From positions 189 through 64,188 of the forward strand of contig CAZAYU010000004.1 in assembly GCA_964489445.1 (NCBI GenBank): a stretch of 64,000 nucleotides of DNA. Direction: 5' to 3'. Below the pieces are notes generated by a model. The model did not search any database and was not told the origin of the DNA. It saw only the letters and a program-made list of their open reading frames with translations. Made by a program: the position numbers and the translations under genes. Below are positions 61,479 through 64,000 of this stretch, one piece after another. How positions within the stretch are numbered: the stretch's first letter is position 1; the number at the start of each line of letters is the position of its first letter. This DNA is from an uncultured Planctomycetia bacterium (lineage in GTDB: Bacteria; Omnitrophota; Gorgyraeia; Duberdicusellales; 4484-171).

Positions 61479-61832
61479 TTATTTTTCAATAATTGCTTTA
61501 ACTAGACTATTAATCACTTCTTGGTTTTCTTGAGAAATTTGATAAAATTCAATACCTGTATCAAACATACGAGGTTGACCGGTAATAGGATTAACCTTTC
61601 CTACAACCCAAACTATCCTTCCTTTACATTTTACAGGATCGGTGTCTAAATATACTTCTAAATCAACAACAGAAGAAATATTTAATTCTTCATTAATAAT
61701 AACCCTCACTCCACCAGCACCGATATTTTCAGTATGCGACATAATCTCGTGTTCCTGGGGGCCATAAATAACTATACGACAAGGAAAATCTGCCCTGATA
61801 AACCGTCTTTTATCTGAATTATTTTCTTTCAT
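61479..61832 (-). CDS. Stand-alone PilZ-domain (c-di-GMP binding) protein
   Basis: RRFIRADF (RxxxR) followed by ENIGAGGVRV (D/NxSxxG) in 117 aa. Confidence 0.65.
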   Translation of the reverse strand: MKENNSDKRRFIRADFPCRIVIYGPQEHEIMSHTENIGAGGVRVIINEELNISSVVDLEVYLDTDPVKCKGRIVWVVGKVNPITGQPRMFDTGIEFYQISQENQEVINSLVKAIIEK

Positions 61833-61846
61833 AGACGTACCTCTTT

Positions 61847-62635
61847 TTATTTATTTAAATCCCTACCGTATTCTACTCTTTTTATAGAAGCTGCTGCTCC
61901 AGTAGCCTCATCGACCTCCACCAAAATCCCTTGCATTCGGATATCATTTTGAGCCAAATTAAATCTTACTGGCATATTAGTAACAAATCTTTCAATAATC
62001 TGGTGCTTTTCTCTTCCTAGTACCGAATCAAAGCTACCAGTCATACCTACATCGGTAATATAAGCAGTAAAGCCATCAATAATTCGCTCGTCAGCTGTTG
62101 GTATATGCGTGTGTGTTCCAGCAACAATGCTTACCTTACCAGAAAGAAAATATCCCATTGCTAGTTTTTCACTAGTTGCCTCTGCATGCATATCTACAAT
62201 AATCACTTTTACTTCTTTTTGAATATCATTTAAAATTTCCTTAACCGCTTTAAATGGGCAATCAGCAGGCTGCATAAACACTCTTCCTAATAAATTAATA
62301 ATCCCTATTTTCAACCCATTTGATTCTTTAATTAGATATCCTCTTCCCTCAGCTAGCTCACCATAATTCAAAGGACGGATAACATCGCTAGTTCTTAAAA
62401 CTTCTTTTGATTCCTTTTTTTTAAAAATATGATCGCCAGTCGTAACTACATCAATACCACTATTAAAAAGATCTTTGGATGTATCCGGAGTTATGCTTGA
62501 TCCTCCAGCAGAATTTTCACCATTAGCAATAATCCAGTCTAACTTTAGTTTATTCCTTAATTCGGGAAGCAATTCTTTAAGATACACCCTGGCAGGCTTA
62601 CCAACAATATCTCCGATAAATAAAATTCTTACCAT
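61847..62635 (-). CDS. ymdB: YmdB-like 2',3'-cyclic-nucleotide phosphodiesterase (calcineurin-like metallophosphoesterase)
   Basis: MVRILFIGDIVG N-terminus and GNHEF-type metal ligand motifs. Immediately downstream of rny, as in many genomes. Confidence 0.8.
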   Translation of the reverse strand: MVRILFIGDIVGKPARVYLKELLPELRNKLKLDWIIANGENSAGGSSITPDTSKDLFNSGIDVVTTGDHIFKKKESKEVLRTSDVIRPLNYGELAEGRGYLIKESNGLKIGIINLLGRVFMQPADCPFKAVKEILNDIQKEVKVIIVDMHAEATSEKLAMGYFLSGKVSIVAGTHTHIPTADERIIDGFTAYITDVGMTGSFDSVLGREKHQIIERFVTNMPVRFNLAQNDIRMQGILVEVDEATGAAASIKRVEYGRDLNK

Positions 62636-62687
62636 AATAATTAAGTTATTTTATACCTTATTTTTTCTTTCGCCAAATAAATTATTT

Positions 62688-64000
62688 TTATTTAGCATAA
62701 TCTATTGATCGAGTTTCCCGGATAACAACTATTTTAATATTGCCCGGATAATCCATCTCCTGCTCTAACTTTTTCTTAATGTCATGAGCAAGAAGATTAA
62801 TTTCGTTATCTTTTACCTTGTTCGGATGTACGATAACCCTCACTTCCCTGCCAGCTTGAATTGCAAAACTCTTATCCACCCCTTCAAAAGAATTAGCAAC
62901 TTTTTCTAACTGGGTTAACCGCTTTACGTAAGACTCCAATGTTTCCCTTCTTGCCCCAGGACGTGAAGCTGAAATTGCATCTGATACTAACGCGAGCACA
63001 GAATACAAACTTTTGAATTCTACCTCTTCATGGTGGGATTCAGCTGCATTTATTACTACTTCACTTTCACCATATTTTTTTAGCAAGTCAGCTCCAATCT
63101 GTGCATGTGTACCTTCAACCTGATGATCAATAGCCTTGCCAACATCATGCAAAAGGCCCGCTCGCTTAGCTATTCGAGAGTCAAGTTTTAGTTCTGAAGC
63201 TAATACCCCCATCAAGATTCCTACTTCTTTTGAATGTTGAAGAGCGTTCTGGCCAAAACTTGTACGATATCTCAATTTTCCCAACAGCTTAATCAACTCC
63301 GGATGAAGATTATGGATTCCTACTTCAAAAGCCGCAGATTTTCCTTCTTCTACTATTTTTTTGTCAAATTCTTGTTTAGCTTTTTCGATTACCTCTTCTA
63401 TCCTCGCCGGATGTATTCTACCATCTTGGACTAGTTTTTCTAAAGCAATGCGCGCAATCTCCCGCCTAATCGGATCAAACCCAGAAATACTAACTGCCTC
63501 GGGAGTATCATCAATAATTAAGTCGACTCCACTAATCATTTCAAAAGTCCTTATGTTGCGCCCTTCCCGGCCGATAATTCTTCCTTTTATTTCATCATTA
63601 GGGAGAGGAACTACACTAACTGTACTTTCCGTAGCATGCTCTACAGCACATCTTTGGATAGCACAAGAGACAATCTCTCTGGCTTTACTCTCTGATTCTT
63701 CCTTGATTTCTTCTTCCATCTCTCTAATCATTTTTGCTTTTTCACTACGTAGTTCTTCTTCGTAGCGCCTAAGCAGAAGCTCCCTTGCCTCCTGCGGCGA
63801 TAAGGAAGATATGCTTTTTAATTTTTCCTTTTCTTCTTCAATTAAGCAACTTAAAACTTGCTTATTATCCTTAACCTCCTGCAACATTTTTTTAATGGCT
63901 TCCTCGGATTTACTAATTTCGCTTTCCTTGCCTTCAATAAAACCCAGCCTTCTTTCTAGGTTCTCTTCTCTCTGAGAAATACGTTTTTCTAGCTGAGACA
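62688..64000 (-). CDS. rny: Ribonuclease Y (5' end beyond the window)
   Basis: KH domain ([24 protein letters not shown]) and HD domain (H...HD..K). The reading frame stays open upstream of the Met at 63887 all the way to nt 64000, so the N-terminal TM/coiled-coil is cut by the window edge. Confidence 0.85.
   Translation of the reverse strand, partial: SQLEKRISQREENLERRLGFIEGKESEISKSEEAIKKMLQEVKDNKQVLSCLIEEEKEKLKSISSLSPQEARELLLRRYEEELRSEKAKMIREMEEEIKEESESKAREIVSCAIQRCAVEHATESTVSVVPLPNDEIKGRIIGREGRNIRTFEMISGVDLIIDDTPEAVSISGFDPIRREIARIALEKLVQDGRIHPARIEEVIEKAKQEFDKKIVEEGKSAAFEVGIHNLHPELIKLLGKLRYRTSFGQNALQHSKEVGILMGVLASELKLDSRIAKRAGLLHDVGKAIDHQVEGTHAQIGADLLKKYGESEVVINAAESHHEEVEFKSLYSVLALVSDAISASRPGARRETLESYVKRLTQLEKVANSFEGVDKSFAIQAGREVRVIVHPNKVKDNEINLLAHDIKKKLEQEMDYPGNIKIVVIRETRSIDYAK

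Overview
This is a low-GC (roughly one-third GC by eye), very compact stretch of bacterial chromosome with many 4-40 nt gene overlaps. Nearly every gene (about 65 CDS and 2 tRNAs) lies on the minus strand. The only confident plus-strand gene is an RRM-type RNA-binding protein. No transposase, integrase, CRISPR array or phage genes were seen.

Most of the window is housekeeping, in order along the window:
- Transaldolase (3' end of the gene runs past position 1) and a ROK-family sugar kinase.
- tRNA-Pro and ribE.
- rsfS and an M16 peptidase.
- A trpGDCFBA block without trpE, fused downstream of rho-rpmE-prfA-prmC-murA.
- coaE, glgA and polA.
- An OppA-like solute-binding protein, then secG-tpiA-pgk-gap.
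- tyrS, rpsA, a phosphohexomutase and nadD-proA-proB.
- rplU, an Nfu-like protein and sufC-sufD.
- A Na/Pi cotransporter with a PhoR/PhoB-like two-component pair.
- gltX, a four-subunit 2-oxoacid:ferredoxin oxidoreductase and dxs.
- A PilZ protein, ymdB and rny (5' partial at the window edge).

The accessory-looking part is 37.7-50.6 kb:
- An eight-gene BAT-type cluster: MoxR ATPase, DUF58, a membrane protein, BatA, BatB, BatC, BatD and BatE.
- Directly upstream of it on the coding strand, an Rsb-like partner-switching module. It has two STAS anti-sigma-antagonist paralogues, an NMT1/SsuA-type periplasmic binding protein overlapping the next gene, and one large membrane protein that fuses a periplasmic Cache-like domain, HAMP, a PP2C (SpoIIE) phosphatase and a C-terminal RsbW-type GHKL serine-kinase domain. 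No sigma factor is in the window.
- A 10-nt G homopolymer sits exactly in the RBS position of the second STAS gene. In this AT-rich genome it is a candidate phase-variation switch.

Other things worth a second look:
- An HtrA-type serine protease whose usual PDZ tail is replaced by an Hsp20/alpha-crystallin domain.
- An unannotated 38-aa Lys/Ala-repeat histone-H1-like peptide with a perfect RBS and terminator.
- An unannotated entericidin-like 53-aa lipoprotein.

Everything here is read from the sequence and the six-frame translations by eye. No searches were run.
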